Assembly: GCA_963806535.1 (NCBI GenBank)
Contig: CAWDYC010000005.1
Location: forward strand, 192,001-256,000
Reading direction: 5' to 3'
DNA from: Candidatus Bathyarchaeota archaeon
Lineage (GTDB): Archaea > Thermoproteota > Bathyarchaeia > Bathyarchaeales > Bathycorpusculaceae
Length of the DNA stretch: 64,000 bases
A model generated the notes under the pieces. That model did not search any database. It saw only the letters and a program-made list of their open reading frames with translations, and was not told the DNA's origin. Below, piece by piece: positions 9,987-19,362 of this stretch; the stretch's first letter is position 1; each line of letters opens with the position of its first letter. Both the position numbers and the translations under genes were made by a program.

Positions 9987-10202
9987 TTACAAGGAAATAT
10001 TCAGTGAAAAATGCGGTCCAAAAATTCTTACGGGGAGAGTGTTTTTATCTTTTCTGCAATGTTGTTTGCCTGCCTCAACTTTGACTACGGGTGCAACTTT
10101 GATGATGGGGTTTCCGTTAGTATCGTAGTCAATCGAGAGGCCATATTCCGTTTTTGTATTCAGTATTAATTGAATCGCAGTAAGTATCTCTTTATTGCCC
10201 AT
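9987..10202 (-). CDS. small hypothetical protein
   Basis: ATG 3 nt after the stop of the module B regulator. No recognisable motif. Confidence 0.45.
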   Translation of the reverse strand: MGNKEILTAIQLILNTKTEYGLSIDYDTNGNPIIKVAPVVKVEAGKQHCRKDKNTLPVRIFGPHFSLNISL

Positions 10203-10205
10203 ATA

Positions 10206-10658
10206 TCACTTCAGCTCCGCATGCTTTGGATTAAGTTTCCCATAAAGCAATAATCCTTCAATTAAAAACAGAATCATTGCCACAGCAGTCATTCCGGTTA
10301 AGAAAAAGAAGCTTGTTTGGATAACTATAGCTTTTATTAGATAGCTTAACAATATAATTGCTATCTCGGCGGCGAATGCGCCTAGAAAAAAGAAGGAATA
10401 AAACATCAACCTTGGCACGAGGTTTTTGCCGACCCACACGTGCCCGTTGATGCTTGTTTTCTCTTTTAGAATATAGTTGCCATACTCGTTTTTCTCAATT
10501 AACCCGAACTCTTCCAGCTTTTGCAGATGCCTGTGAGCGACGCTTGTACTGCTAAGATTTGCTCCTCTTGTGACGTCTCTTGTGCCTACAGGTTTAGCGA
10601 CACGCACAATGTATGCATAGACATTTAATGTGTTGCCTTCAAGTTCTTCGTTAGCCAA
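10206..10658 (-). CDS. membrane-anchored winged-helix transcription regulator (module B)
   Basis: Clear paralogue of 8512..8997 (ELEGNTLNVYA, KPVG.R.V.RGANLS, LQKLE..GLI, GHVWVG.NLVPRL) plus 2 TM. Confidence 0.88.
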   Translation of the reverse strand: MANEELEGNTLNVYAYIVRVAKPVGTRDVTRGANLSSTSVAHRHLQKLEEFGLIEKNEYGNYILKEKTSINGHVWVGKNLVPRLMFYSFFFLGAFAAEIAIILLSYLIKAIVIQTSFFFLTGMTAVAMILFLIEGLLLYGKLNPKHAELK

Positions 10659-10671
10659 AGTTGCCGCATCC

Positions 10672-11514
10672 TTAAGGTTTGGTTTGCGTGTTAAAAGGGG
10701 ATCCTAAGTTGGTTTGTGAAAGTTGGTCTTGAGGTATCATGGTGTTGTAAAGAAATCCTCCGTTATATGGTGTGAGTTCTATATGTTGGATAATGGTGTT
10801 GTCTGCTGGGGTAGTTATAGTTGAGTTGGCTTCGATTGTAATGTAGCCTAGTCTTCGTATATCAATGGATATTGTGTGGGCATTTTCGATGTTTCCTGTT
10901 TGTTCCCGCTGAATGTCAATCCAACTGCTTGTCATGTTTATGCCTTGTAACGCAAAAACTGTATAATTTTCGTGGATATCTGATTTTGCGGGGGTTGCGA
11001 GTTTTCCGTTGAAGTTTGGTAGAAACAGAAAATAGTTGTAGGTTGGAAAGCTGTTGTTAAAGTATTGTTGTTGAGTGATAGCTTGTGAACCTGTTGTTAA
11101 AGTATTGTTGTTGTTAAAGTAGGTTTGAAGCCCGTTGAGCCATGTGTTATATGGGTTAATAGAGCCTGTACAGTTGGCGCCGATAAAGTAAGTCCAGTTT
11201 TGAATTGATCCTTGGTCAGAATAAACTTGTATTTGGTAGAATTCTATTCGACTGTTTGGGAGCGTTTTTATAGCGTCAGCATTTGTGGTGACTTTAAGCT
11301 CTACGTAGTATGCTTCAGCGAAAGTTGTATTTCCCGGTTTTGTTGTTGTGTCTGCTATCCAGTAGGCGTAAGGTACACTAAGATTAAACCATGGGTTCTC
11401 CTGTGACGTTGATGCTTGGGCGCCTCCTGACATAAAGAATTCTAGTGGCACTATTGAAGCAATTCCTATAGCTATTGCTAGAATTCCGCATAGTATCAGT
11501 TTTTTCTCAATCAT
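10672..11514 (-). CDS. N-anchored/secreted Asn-Thr-rich protein (module B extracellular component)
   Basis: MIEKKLILCGILAIAIGIASIVPL anchor. WFNLSVPYA and IELTPYNGGFLYN match motifs of 7430..8515. Confidence 0.85.
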   Translation of the reverse strand: MIEKKLILCGILAIAIGIASIVPLEFFMSGGAQASTSQENPWFNLSVPYAYWIADTTTKPGNTTFAEAYYVELKVTTNADAIKTLPNSRIEFYQIQVYSDQGSIQNWTYFIGANCTGSINPYNTWLNGLQTYFNNNNTLTTGSQAITQQQYFNNSFPTYNYFLFLPNFNGKLATPAKSDIHENYTVFALQGINMTSSWIDIQREQTGNIENAHTISIDIRRLGYITIEANSTITTPADNTIIQHIELTPYNGGFLYNTMIPQDQLSQTNLGSPFNTQTKP

Positions 11515-11548
11515 TGGTTTTACGCCGCTCTATATTCCCTCAAGGCAG

Positions 11549-11601
11549 CTAATAATTCTCTCCCAAGAACAAAACATCTCCAAAGTGTTCTCAAAGAGAA
11601 C
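11549..11601 (-). promoter_or_regulatory. putative operator/promoter of module B: GTTC-N7-GAAC (11587-11601), half-site (11567-11570), TTATTAG box
   Basis: Reverse complement aligns with 11723-11776. Confidence 0.72.
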
Positions 11602-11722
11602 GGTCTCAAAAGAAGACTTACAGCTATCCTGTAGAGCGATTCACAACTTACCAAGCGGAAATGCCTTAGTATGCTCCAAGACTGCCTTTGCTGGCAAATC
11701 TATCGGCAGACATGCGTAATCT

Positions 11723-11776
11723 GTTCTTTTTGAGAACAGTTAGGGCGCAAATGTGTTCTTCGGGGAGAATTATTAG
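11723..11776 (+). promoter_or_regulatory. putative operator/promoter of ABC operon: GTTC-N7-GAAC (11723-11737), half-site (11755-11758), TTATTAG box
   Basis: Third copy of the architecture. Confidence 0.72.
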
Positions 11777-11867
11777 CCGCTTTACTGGTTGGTTTAGCGG
11801 TGAAAAGTCAAATGAAGCATTACAAAACCAACTATAACCTTCAAAGAGATTTTTTGGGGGAAATTAC

Positions 11868-13193
11868 TTGGGAATCTTAACAAGGGCATTCAAAAATATC
11901 TCAAGGAGGAAAACCCGCTCACTCTTAGTTATTGTTGCATTGAGTCTTGCTTTAACACTGCTAATTATTTTGCCGCCAAGCATCAGCGCAAGCCAAGCAA
12001 CCACCAAACAAACAATTCACAACTTAACAGATAGCGCTTATATGATGGGTTCAACTGTAACTTTGGCAGCAACCGAAATAGACTGTAACATGGGCACCAA
12101 TTTTAGCTTTGCAGATTACCTGCCGGGCGGCACTTACTGGAACACCACCGCTACCCCGTTTATTCAATATAATACCTTTAACATCAGCGATTACTCAGGA
12201 TTAAGTGGCATCACAGACATCAAAACGGTGGTGCCCATTATTCATCAAAACGTTGAGGAGAACAAGTACGGTTCAGTCTATGGCATACCGTTAGATAACG
12301 CTTCTCTGCTCAAAGATTACCCGTCAATTTTGTCCGCGAACATTTCGCAAGGACGCAACCTTGAGGCTGGCGACATCGGCGTAGTTATAGTGCAAGAACG
12401 CTTAGCCAAAATCTTAAATGTTAACGTCGGCCAAGACCTTGCGCTTTCAGGGAAAAACTTCAAGATTGTAGGCATTGAAGGCACAGAACCAATCAATACA
12501 ACCGACATCACCATGAGCTTAATCGACGCCCAACTGCTAACCAATACAACTGGACAAGCCTCAGGATTCAAAATCTTTGTCGACAACATAAACAACGTAA
12601 ACACAGTCGAGTCACGCATCAAAAGCGACTACCCCAACCTGCCCGTTACGCAAGTTGGCTTATCTTTAGTTAACACAGCTCAGCAAGTGCAAGCCCAAAC
12701 CGACCAGCAAATAGCGGCAGCGCAAAACACCCTAAACCAAATACAAAACATCGGAATAGTGGAGATAAGCATCGCTGTTGTCGCCGACGCCGCCATAGTC
12801 CTCTTTATAATGCAGTACAGTGTCAGGGAGCGAACCAAAGAGATTGGTACCTTCAAAGCCATGGGCGCTGGTAACACAACGATTCTTGGGCAGTTCTTGT
12901 TTGAAGGCATACTGCTTAGCCTCGTCGCTGTCGTAATCGCCTTGGCTGCCGATGCAGTCAGCGCAACAACCTTAGCCAATCTGCTGTTGCCTCATCCTGT
13001 TGAATCCGGACAAAACTACGTTATGTCGGCAAATGGGCATCTGACCATTTTGCCAGCCATCGTCGTCAACATGACGCCGCAGCTTATTCTCGGCGGTGTA
13101 GGCTTTGCAGTCGTATTAGGTGCTGTTGGAAGTTTGTATCCGGCTTTGAAAGCGGCAAGAACCAGACCAGCGCAGGCGATGAGATATGAATGA
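11868..13193 (+). CDS. ABC transporter permease, MacB/FtsX family
   Basis: RAFKNISRRKTRSLL, large extracellular loop, SVRERTKEIGTFKAMGA, GSLYPALKAARTRPAQAMRYE. Confidence 0.92.
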   Translation: MGILTRAFKNISRRKTRSLLVIVALSLALTLLIILPPSISASQATTKQTIHNLTDSAYMMGSTVTLAATEIDCNMGTNFSFADYLPGGTYWNTTATPFIQYNTFNISDYSGLSGITDIKTVVPIIHQNVEENKYGSVYGIPLDNASLLKDYPSILSANISQGRNLEAGDIGVVIVQERLAKILNVNVGQDLALSGKNFKIVGIEGTEPINTTDITMSLIDAQLLTNTTGQASGFKIFVDNINNVNTVESRIKSDYPNLPVTQVGLSLVNTAQQVQAQTDQQIAAAQNTLNQIQNIGIVEISIAVVADAAIVLFIMQYSVRERTKEIGTFKAMGAGNTTILGQFLFEGILLSLVAVVIALAADAVSATTLANLLLPHPVESGQNYVMSANGHLTILPAIVVNMTPQLILGGVGFAVVLGAVGSLYPALKAARTRPAQAMRYE

Positions 13194-13914
13194 TTCAGTT
13201 TTAAAAACTGAGAACCTAACCAAATCGTACAAGCTTGGCAAACGAGACGTGCAACCCCTGACCAACCTGAACCTTGAAGTGGCAAAAGGCGAGTTCGTAG
13301 CTGTCATGGGTCCCAGCGGCAGCGGCAAAACCACTCTGCTCAACATCATTGGCTGTATCGACAGGGCAACAAGCGGCAAAGTCTTCCTGGACGGCGTGGA
13401 CGTCGCGCAACTGCCCGAATCGCAGTTGTACAAGATACGCCGTGACAAAATCGGCTTCATCTTCCAAAACTTCAACCTTGTACCCTACCTCAACGCCCGC
13501 GAAAACGTGGAGTTGGCCATGGAGCTTGCAGGCAAATTCCCGAATCAAAGAAAAGACAGAGCCAAACAGCTTCTTGCCACTGTAGGTTTATCAGGGCGAG
13601 AACAACACCGACCTCAACGGCTAAGCCAAGGAGAACAGCAACGAGTCGCTATAGCCAGAGCCTTAGCTAACGACCCTGCCATCATTTTGGCTGATGAACC
13701 TACAGGAAACTTGGATGCAACCAACAAACAAGAAATTGTAAAACTTCTATCTGACCTTAACCAGAAACAAGGCACAACCATCATAATGGTAACGCACGAC
13801 GAACAAGTGGCGGGGCAGACACAACGTATGCTATACCTCAGTGAAGGAAGAATTGTCCAAGACAAACAAGCCCAAAGCAGTCAACCGCAAACAAAGGAGC
13901 GCTCTCAACAATGA
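13186..13914 (+). CDS. ABC transporter ATP-binding protein (LolD/MacB type)
   Basis: [36 protein letters not shown]. Confidence 0.95.
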   Translation: MNDSVLKTENLTKSYKLGKRDVQPLTNLNLEVAKGEFVAVMGPSGSGKTTLLNIIGCIDRATSGKVFLDGVDVAQLPESQLYKIRRDKIGFIFQNFNLVPYLNARENVELAMELAGKFPNQRKDRAKQLLATVGLSGREQHRPQRLSQGEQQRVAIARALANDPAIILADEPTGNLDATNKQEIVKLLSDLNQKQGTTIIMVTHDEQVAGQTQRMLYLSEGRIVQDKQAQSSQPQTKERSQQ

Positions 13915-15107
13915 AACCATCAGCGACCAAAACAGTGGGTGTATGCTGCATCCTTCTCTTCCTGTTTCTTTGCGTTTTTACTTTCCTGCCTTACACGGCT
14001 CACGCATCTTCCGATGCGTCGGCAACGGTGACTGTAGGCGGTACTCCTTTTTCGGTGGCTATAACCCCTGACGGCAAGTACGCCTATGTTCCTATTTCCG
14101 ACAAGATTTCGGTGATAGATACGGCTGTGAACAGGGTTACGGCGACAGTGAACGTTAGGGGCTCTATGGGTATAGTCATAGCGTCTGATGGCAAATATGC
14201 CTATACTATAAATTCAGTTCAAGACCCTAAAGCTGGCACTGCAAATTTTGTCTCGGTCATAAGTACCACTACAAACAAGGTAACTAAGACAATACCCCTT
14301 GATGGCAACCCTAATGGTTTAGCCATAGCGCCAAACGGTGAATACGTTTATGTGGCTGAAGGCGACGAGAAAAATGGTAACATCGGTTATGTTGCGGTTA
14401 TTAGCACAGCCACCAGCCAAGTTAAGGCGGCGGTAGCTGTTACAGGCACTTCTCAGGCCGTAGCGGTAACCCCCAATAGCCAATACGCGTATGCGGCATG
14501 TCAAATCAACGCAGGCAGCGGCGAGGTTTCAGTGATAGATACGGCTACGAATACGGTCGCGGCGACGATTCCTGTGGGGTTGGGTCCTCAGAGCTTGGCT
14601 GTAACACCCGACGGCGCACATGTTTATGTCACAAATCAAGGTAACAATTCAGTGTCGGTGATAAACACAGCTAGCAATACCGTGACGGCGACGATAACGG
14701 GTTTAAGTTTTCCTTACGGTGTAGCTTTAACCCCAAACAGTGAATATGCTTACGTTACCTGCCAAGACCTTGACAACTGGGCTGGCTTAGCTTCAGTGAT
14801 AGATACAGCCACAAACAAAGTAACGGCTACAGTAAACCTTGTTCAATACCCATACGGCATAGCCATAACTCCAAATGGAGACTACGCCTATGTCGCAGAT
14901 GGCGTTAACGGCACATTATCCGTGATAAACACCGCGGATAACCAAGTGCTACCTGTTTCTTCCCCTGAACCAGAAAACCCAAGTTTCCCTGCTCAATGGC
15001 TAATAATCACTATAGTTGCAATTGCCGTTGTTATGATAGGCGTAATTGCTTCTGTTGTTTTTAAGAAAAAACAAAAAAGCCAAGCTGACCGGAGCCGAAA
15101 CGTATGA
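13911..15107 (+). CDS. YVTN/YncE-type beta-propeller surface protein with C-terminal TM anchor
   Basis: About 7 repeats of P.G.A.TPDG.YAYV / VSVIDTATN.V.ATI, signal peptide, C-terminal TM plus basic tail. Confidence 0.92.
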   Translation: MKPSATKTVGVCCILLFLFLCVFTFLPYTAHASSDASATVTVGGTPFSVAITPDGKYAYVPISDKISVIDTAVNRVTATVNVRGSMGIVIASDGKYAYTINSVQDPKAGTANFVSVISTTTNKVTKTIPLDGNPNGLAIAPNGEYVYVAEGDEKNGNIGYVAVISTATSQVKAAVAVTGTSQAVAVTPNSQYAYAACQINAGSGEVSVIDTATNTVAATIPVGLGPQSLAVTPDGAHVYVTNQGNNSVSVINTASNTVTATITGLSFPYGVALTPNSEYAYVTCQDLDNWAGLASVIDTATNKVTATVNLVQYPYGIAITPNGDYAYVADGVNGTLSVINTADNQVLPVSSPEPENPSFPAQWLIITIVAIAVVMIGVIASVVFKKKQKSQADRSRNV

Positions 15108-16417
15108 GTATACTGAGCCGAGCAGTAAGAAACATCACCAGAAGAAAAACACGGTCGCTCCTTGTGATATTGGCTTTGAGTTTCGCCTTGGCGATGATAA
15201 TCTCTATCCCTGCAAGCATTGCCGCAAGCAAAGCCACCACTCAGCAAACCATTGATAACTTAACAGCCAATGCCAGAGCAGTTGATGACACGATAAATCA
15301 GGTGGCAAGGGAAATAGATTGCCAGCTTCCAGGGGTTTCTATTCCTGATTCAGGACCTAATCACGATGAAACCGTCGTTGAACAACCTCTTATGAACATA
15401 ACCGATTATTATGATAACATCACATCAACTTCGCATGTGGTCAGCGTCATACCCATACTTGATCAGGTAGAATACAGTGGCAACTTTGCATACAACGTCT
15501 ATGGCATACCATTGGATAATGGCACTTTGCTAGATGATTATCCATCGATTTTGCCCTCGAACATCACCTCTGGGCGAAACCTGCAGGCAGGTGATACTGG
15601 CGTGATTGTTCTACAGGAGCGTCTTGCACAAAACTTGGGTGCAACTGTTGGTGGAACAGTTAACATTTTAGATGAAGCCTTCAAGGTTGTAGGTATCGAA
15701 GGCTACACCCCAATAAGCGAAACCGCCGCATACATGAGTCTATGTGAAGCCCAAACCATAACTAACAATGTTGGAAACGCAACCAGCCTCAAAGTGTTCG
15801 CCGACAGCATCAGCAACGTACAGGATATTTCTCAAAGCATCGGCGCCAACTTCCCCAAATTATCCGTTTCAATAGCCGCAACTTTGCTGGATTCAATTGA
15901 CCAGATGCAAACCCAAACTGCCCAGCAACTTCAAAACGCAAAAGCAACCATGGATCAAATCCAAAGCGCTGGTACAGTTGAAATAGAAATTGTTGTCATT
16001 GTAGCCGGGGCAATCGTATTTTTCATCATGCTATACACCGTGCGTGAACGGACAAGAGAAATCGGAACCCTCAAAGCTTTAGGCGCCAGCAACATAGTTA
16101 TTTTGGGGCAGTTTATGCTTGAGGGCATACTGCTAAGTTTAATCGCAGGTTTAGTCGGCATTGCAATCGGAGTATTCGGCGCAACATCCCTTGCCAACCT
16201 GCTGCTTCCACACCCAGCTCAAGCCATCAACACTTCAAATTCAACAGCGGGCGTAACCATTCCAACTTCTACGTCAGCAGCTATCTCTGTAACCGTTACC
16301 CCTGAACTTGTGCTGCTTGGCTTAGTTGCTGCAGTATTGTTAGGCGCAATAGGCAGTTTGTATCCCGCGTGGCGAGCAGCAAGAACCAGACCAGCAGAGG
16401 CCATGCGATATGACTGA
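15104..16417 (+). CDS. ABC transporter permease, MacB/FtsX family (paralogue of 11868..13193)
   Basis: RRKTRSLLVI, VYGIPLDN, TVRERTREIGTLKALGA, GSLYPAWRAARTRPAEAMRYD. Confidence 0.92.
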   Translation: MSILSRAVRNITRRKTRSLLVILALSFALAMIISIPASIAASKATTQQTIDNLTANARAVDDTINQVAREIDCQLPGVSIPDSGPNHDETVVEQPLMNITDYYDNITSTSHVVSVIPILDQVEYSGNFAYNVYGIPLDNGTLLDDYPSILPSNITSGRNLQAGDTGVIVLQERLAQNLGATVGGTVNILDEAFKVVGIEGYTPISETAAYMSLCEAQTITNNVGNATSLKVFADSISNVQDISQSIGANFPKLSVSIAATLLDSIDQMQTQTAQQLQNAKATMDQIQSAGTVEIEIVVIVAGAIVFFIMLYTVRERTREIGTLKALGASNIVILGQFMLEGILLSLIAGLVGIAIGVFGATSLANLLLPHPAQAINTSNSTAGVTIPTSTSAAISVTVTPELVLLGLVAAVLLGAIGSLYPAWRAARTRPAEAMRYD

Positions 16418-16539
16418 GTCAATGCTGAAAAATAGAAAATTCTCAGCTGTCATACTTAAATGAAATTAAGAGTTAAACAACAGCACCAATACAGTGTGGA
16501 AATAAAATCGACCTTAAAAACCTGAACAACCTGAGATAT

Positions 16540-18240
16540 ATGTCAAAAAATACCCTAAACCTAAAACCAAAGCAAGCAATAACTCTTTTTCTTGCTTTTC
16601 TCTTGGTTCTTAGTTGTTTTGCTGATGGAGTAAGATTTGCTGGTGGAGAAACGACCATTTTCTCAACGCAGACAGATGGTTCTGCCACGGCAATAGCCGC
16701 TTTGGAAAACAGCATAGAGGATAATGGCGGTTGGAACAGTAGTTTGCAAACGATTTATGACGGCATTGCTTTAGGTCAAACAACGGTTAATCAGCTTCAG
16801 AATGCAGTGGATTCGATTAGCATTTCTTCTGCGTCCGCGGCTGAGTCCGTGTTTTACTGGTATTTTCAACTGAGCAAGTTCGGCGTTAGTATTAACGCAA
16901 CAACGATAGAGGCAGCGTTAAATGAAGCAACAATGCTGCCTAGCGTCGGCGGGTTACCTCACGATTACTCTAACTCGGGCACTGCATCTTTTGAGGTCTA
17001 CAACAGATACGATTTGTATGCTTATCAATGGGCTGCCCAGCTGGGCTACGAGACTTCCAAATGGAACCTAACTCAAGCCTACACAGTTTTCGACAATGCT
17101 ATCAACGAATCCGGCAAGCCTATTCTTTGGGTGGGTTGTAACGGTAAAGGTTCAGGCATAGGCTATGGGCCTAGATACTATGATGAGGGTGCTGAGACGA
17201 TTGACATGTACCTGACGTTTTGGTTACTAGGAATACCTGGTGGGTTAACGCAAGCCGAATATTGGTGGAACTGGGAAAACCTGCATCTATGGGATGCCAA
17301 CGACAGCGGCGACGGAGGCTTCTACAAATATGCAATCAATTGGACTGCCTTTGAATGCGAGGCTGGCGGGTTAGACCAGATAATTTGGAAACTCTATAAC
17401 TATGATCCATCAATACAAAATGTAACTAATTTATTCACTGACATGGAAACAAGAGCGCTTAGCCAAGGTTGGAGTAGCCCCCAGTGGGCTGACAATGTTG
17501 CAGTGCATGCGTCAGGCGTGAACGGCAGTGCCATCAACTCGCAGGAGCGGTTGGAAAACACAATTATGTCTTGGGCAGCCATACTTGGACTTTACGGTAA
17601 CATGACTGGCACAATGCAAAGTCAAGTGCAAGCCCTGTTAGATGGCTCGGCAGGTTCCGCTCCAGCGTGGAATCTAACATTGCAAAGCAAATTGTACGAT
17701 AACGATACAGACCTGTTCAAAGGCATCTCCGATGCTTCAGACAGTGTTGAAGATACAGCGGATGGCGCTGCCTTATTGATGCTGTTGTCTACGGTTCCAG
17801 TGACAGGTTCGTTGGCGGTGCCTTTGCAAGATTGCACTTATCAAGATATTAACGGGGTAATTGACGGTGGAGTCAGCAGCATAGACCTTGCAAGTAGAAC
17901 TGTAATAGTAAGCGTTGCCAAGCCAGGAACATTTCTATCCTTGTTTGGAACAGACATTTTCGAATATAATATTAGTACTGCAGGTGTTTGGCAGCTAACT
18001 TTCGGCAACAACTGGAACAGCATTACCTCCCAAACCTTTGTATCCACGCTGCCTAGCTCAAGAATATATATTGGTGTCGTAGGCTCCACGCCTTTATCCG
18101 CTTCAACCCCAACAATCTCCGCAATTTCAGATCCACCAGTGTACAACGCTGAGTTTCCATCAATAGCTATAGCTTTAATGATACTTTTGGCAGTTTCAGC
18201 AACAATATCAGTCTTTATTAAAAAACGGACAAACAGATAA
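16540..18240 (+). CDS. secreted surface protein with PEF-CTERM-like anchor, function unknown
   Basis: Signal peptide, W/Y-rich core, S/T/P linker, AEFPS + TM + KKR tail. Confidence 0.85.
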   Translation: MSKNTLNLKPKQAITLFLAFLLVLSCFADGVRFAGGETTIFSTQTDGSATAIAALENSIEDNGGWNSSLQTIYDGIALGQTTVNQLQNAVDSISISSASAAESVFYWYFQLSKFGVSINATTIEAALNEATMLPSVGGLPHDYSNSGTASFEVYNRYDLYAYQWAAQLGYETSKWNLTQAYTVFDNAINESGKPILWVGCNGKGSGIGYGPRYYDEGAETIDMYLTFWLLGIPGGLTQAEYWWNWENLHLWDANDSGDGGFYKYAINWTAFECEAGGLDQIIWKLYNYDPSIQNVTNLFTDMETRALSQGWSSPQWADNVAVHASGVNGSAINSQERLENTIMSWAAILGLYGNMTGTMQSQVQALLDGSAGSAPAWNLTLQSKLYDNDTDLFKGISDASDSVEDTADGAALLMLLSTVPVTGSLAVPLQDCTYQDINGVIDGGVSSIDLASRTVIVSVAKPGTFLSLFGTDIFEYNISTAGVWQLTFGNNWNSITSQTFVSTLPSSRIYIGVVGSTPLSASTPTISAISDPPVYNAEFPSIAIALMILLAVSATISVFIKKRTNR

Positions 18241-18262
18241 CGCAAAAGCCTTTGATTATAGA

Positions 18263-18742
18263 TTACTGATTTACTTTTAGAACTAGCTCCGCGACTCTTT
18301 TACCTAGTGTTTCGCATTCGGTAAGGTCTTCTTTTGTTGGTGCACCTGTAACGGCGACGCCGTAGTGTTTGTCATCTGCTCTACCCTGTACAATCACCCC
18401 GTGAATCAACATCGCATGTACAATGGACAGAAGCGTGGTTTCGCCGCCTGAAGCGGTTCCACCGCTGCTTGTGAAAGCGCCGCCAACCTTGCCTGTTAAG
18501 TTTTTTGTGAACTTTTATTGAGTCGTCGATGACGGCTTTGAGTTTGGCTGACATTTGCCCAAAATATGTCGGCGACCCCATAATTATGCCGTCAGCTGCA
18601 AGAAGGTCGCTGCTTTTTGTTTGCTCTGCTCTCTTCGCTGTCACTTCTACGTCGCCTGCCTTTTCTGCTCCTTTGCCACAGCTAAAGCCATCTTTTCAGT
18701 GTTACCCGACCTTGAATTATAAACAACCAAGGTTTTCGGCAT
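18263..18742 (-). CDS. flavodoxin/WrbA-like protein, broken by two compensating indels (probably sequencing error)
   Basis: MPKTLVVYNSRSGNTEKMA / AADGIIMGSPTYFGQM / GKVGGAFTSSGGTASGGETT joined across shifts near 18672 and 18497. Confidence 0.8.
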
Positions 18743-18746
18743 AGTT

Positions 18747-19310
18747 TCACTTCACTATTTCCTTGATTACGTCGTTAACCATCATTATTTTGGCGTTGTA
18801 AACGTTTTCTAAGTATTTTAGACCTTGTTCTTGGTCTTCTTTAGTGAATGCTTCTACCCCATCTTCTGCGATCACTATGTGATAGCCTCGGAAATATGCG
18901 TCAGCAGCCGTGTGTCGTACGCATGTGTGAGCGTGTAAACCGCCGAGAACCACCGTTTTTGCTCCTTCGCCGTTGTAGAGGCTGCGAAGAAGTGGGTCCA
19001 AACCTGTTTCAAAGAAACCGCTGTAAGTTCGCTTCTCAACTATGTAATCCTTGCCTTCTTCGGACTTAAGCTCAGGAATAACTTCTGCACCTTTGGTTCC
19101 TTTTATGGCATGGGTGCCCCATTTTCTAGCAACCTCAACATCCTGAGGATAATGGGCGTCATTGCAATAAATAACTGGTACATCGTTTTTGCGGGCAGCC
19201 ACCACTAGTCTTTGTAGCGGCGGAATAACGGTTTTTGCGCGATTAACTTCTAAGGCCCCTATGAAAAAATCATTTAATAAATCAATAAGTATGATAGCTG
19301 GCTTATCCAA
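18747..19310 (-). CDS. isochorismatase-family cysteine hydrolase
   Basis: IDLLNDF, EKRTYSGF, HTCVRHTAADA triad D-K-C. Likely TTG start at 19310. Confidence 0.9.
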   Translation of the reverse strand: MDKPAIILIDLLNDFFIGALEVNRAKTVIPPLQRLVVAARKNDVPVIYCNDAHYPQDVEVARKWGTHAIKGTKGAEVIPELKSEEGKDYIVEKRTYSGFFETGLDPLLRSLYNGEGAKTVVLGGLHAHTCVRHTAADAYFRGYHIVIAEDGVEAFTKEDQEQGLKYLENVYNAKIMMVNDVIKEIVK

Positions 19311-19362
19311 AAATTTTTCACTCTCATCTAGATAAATTCCTGAGATGCTTTTTAGTTTTACT

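Larger units (their letters stand above)
11512..11814. repeat. diverged ~95-bp inverted repeat (about 11512-11603 vs 11721-11814) forming two divergent promoters
   Basis: GTTCTCTTTGAGAACA..GTTCTTGGGAGAGAATTATTAGCTGC..AGCGGCGTAAAACCAATG vs GTTCTTTTTGAGAACA..GTTCTTCGGGGAGAATTATTAGCCGC..AGCGGTGAAAAGTCAAATG. Confidence 0.85.

Noticed and set aside
14040-14940. CRISPR-like recurring DNA repeats (GTGATAGATACGGC etc.)
   Set aside because: They are the coding repeats of the YVTN propeller: degenerate, in frame, and no cas genes.
18263-18742. Programmed frameshifting or true pseudogene in the flavodoxin
   Set aside because: Two compensating single-base indels with otherwise intact motifs. Similar patches elsewhere point to sequencing error.
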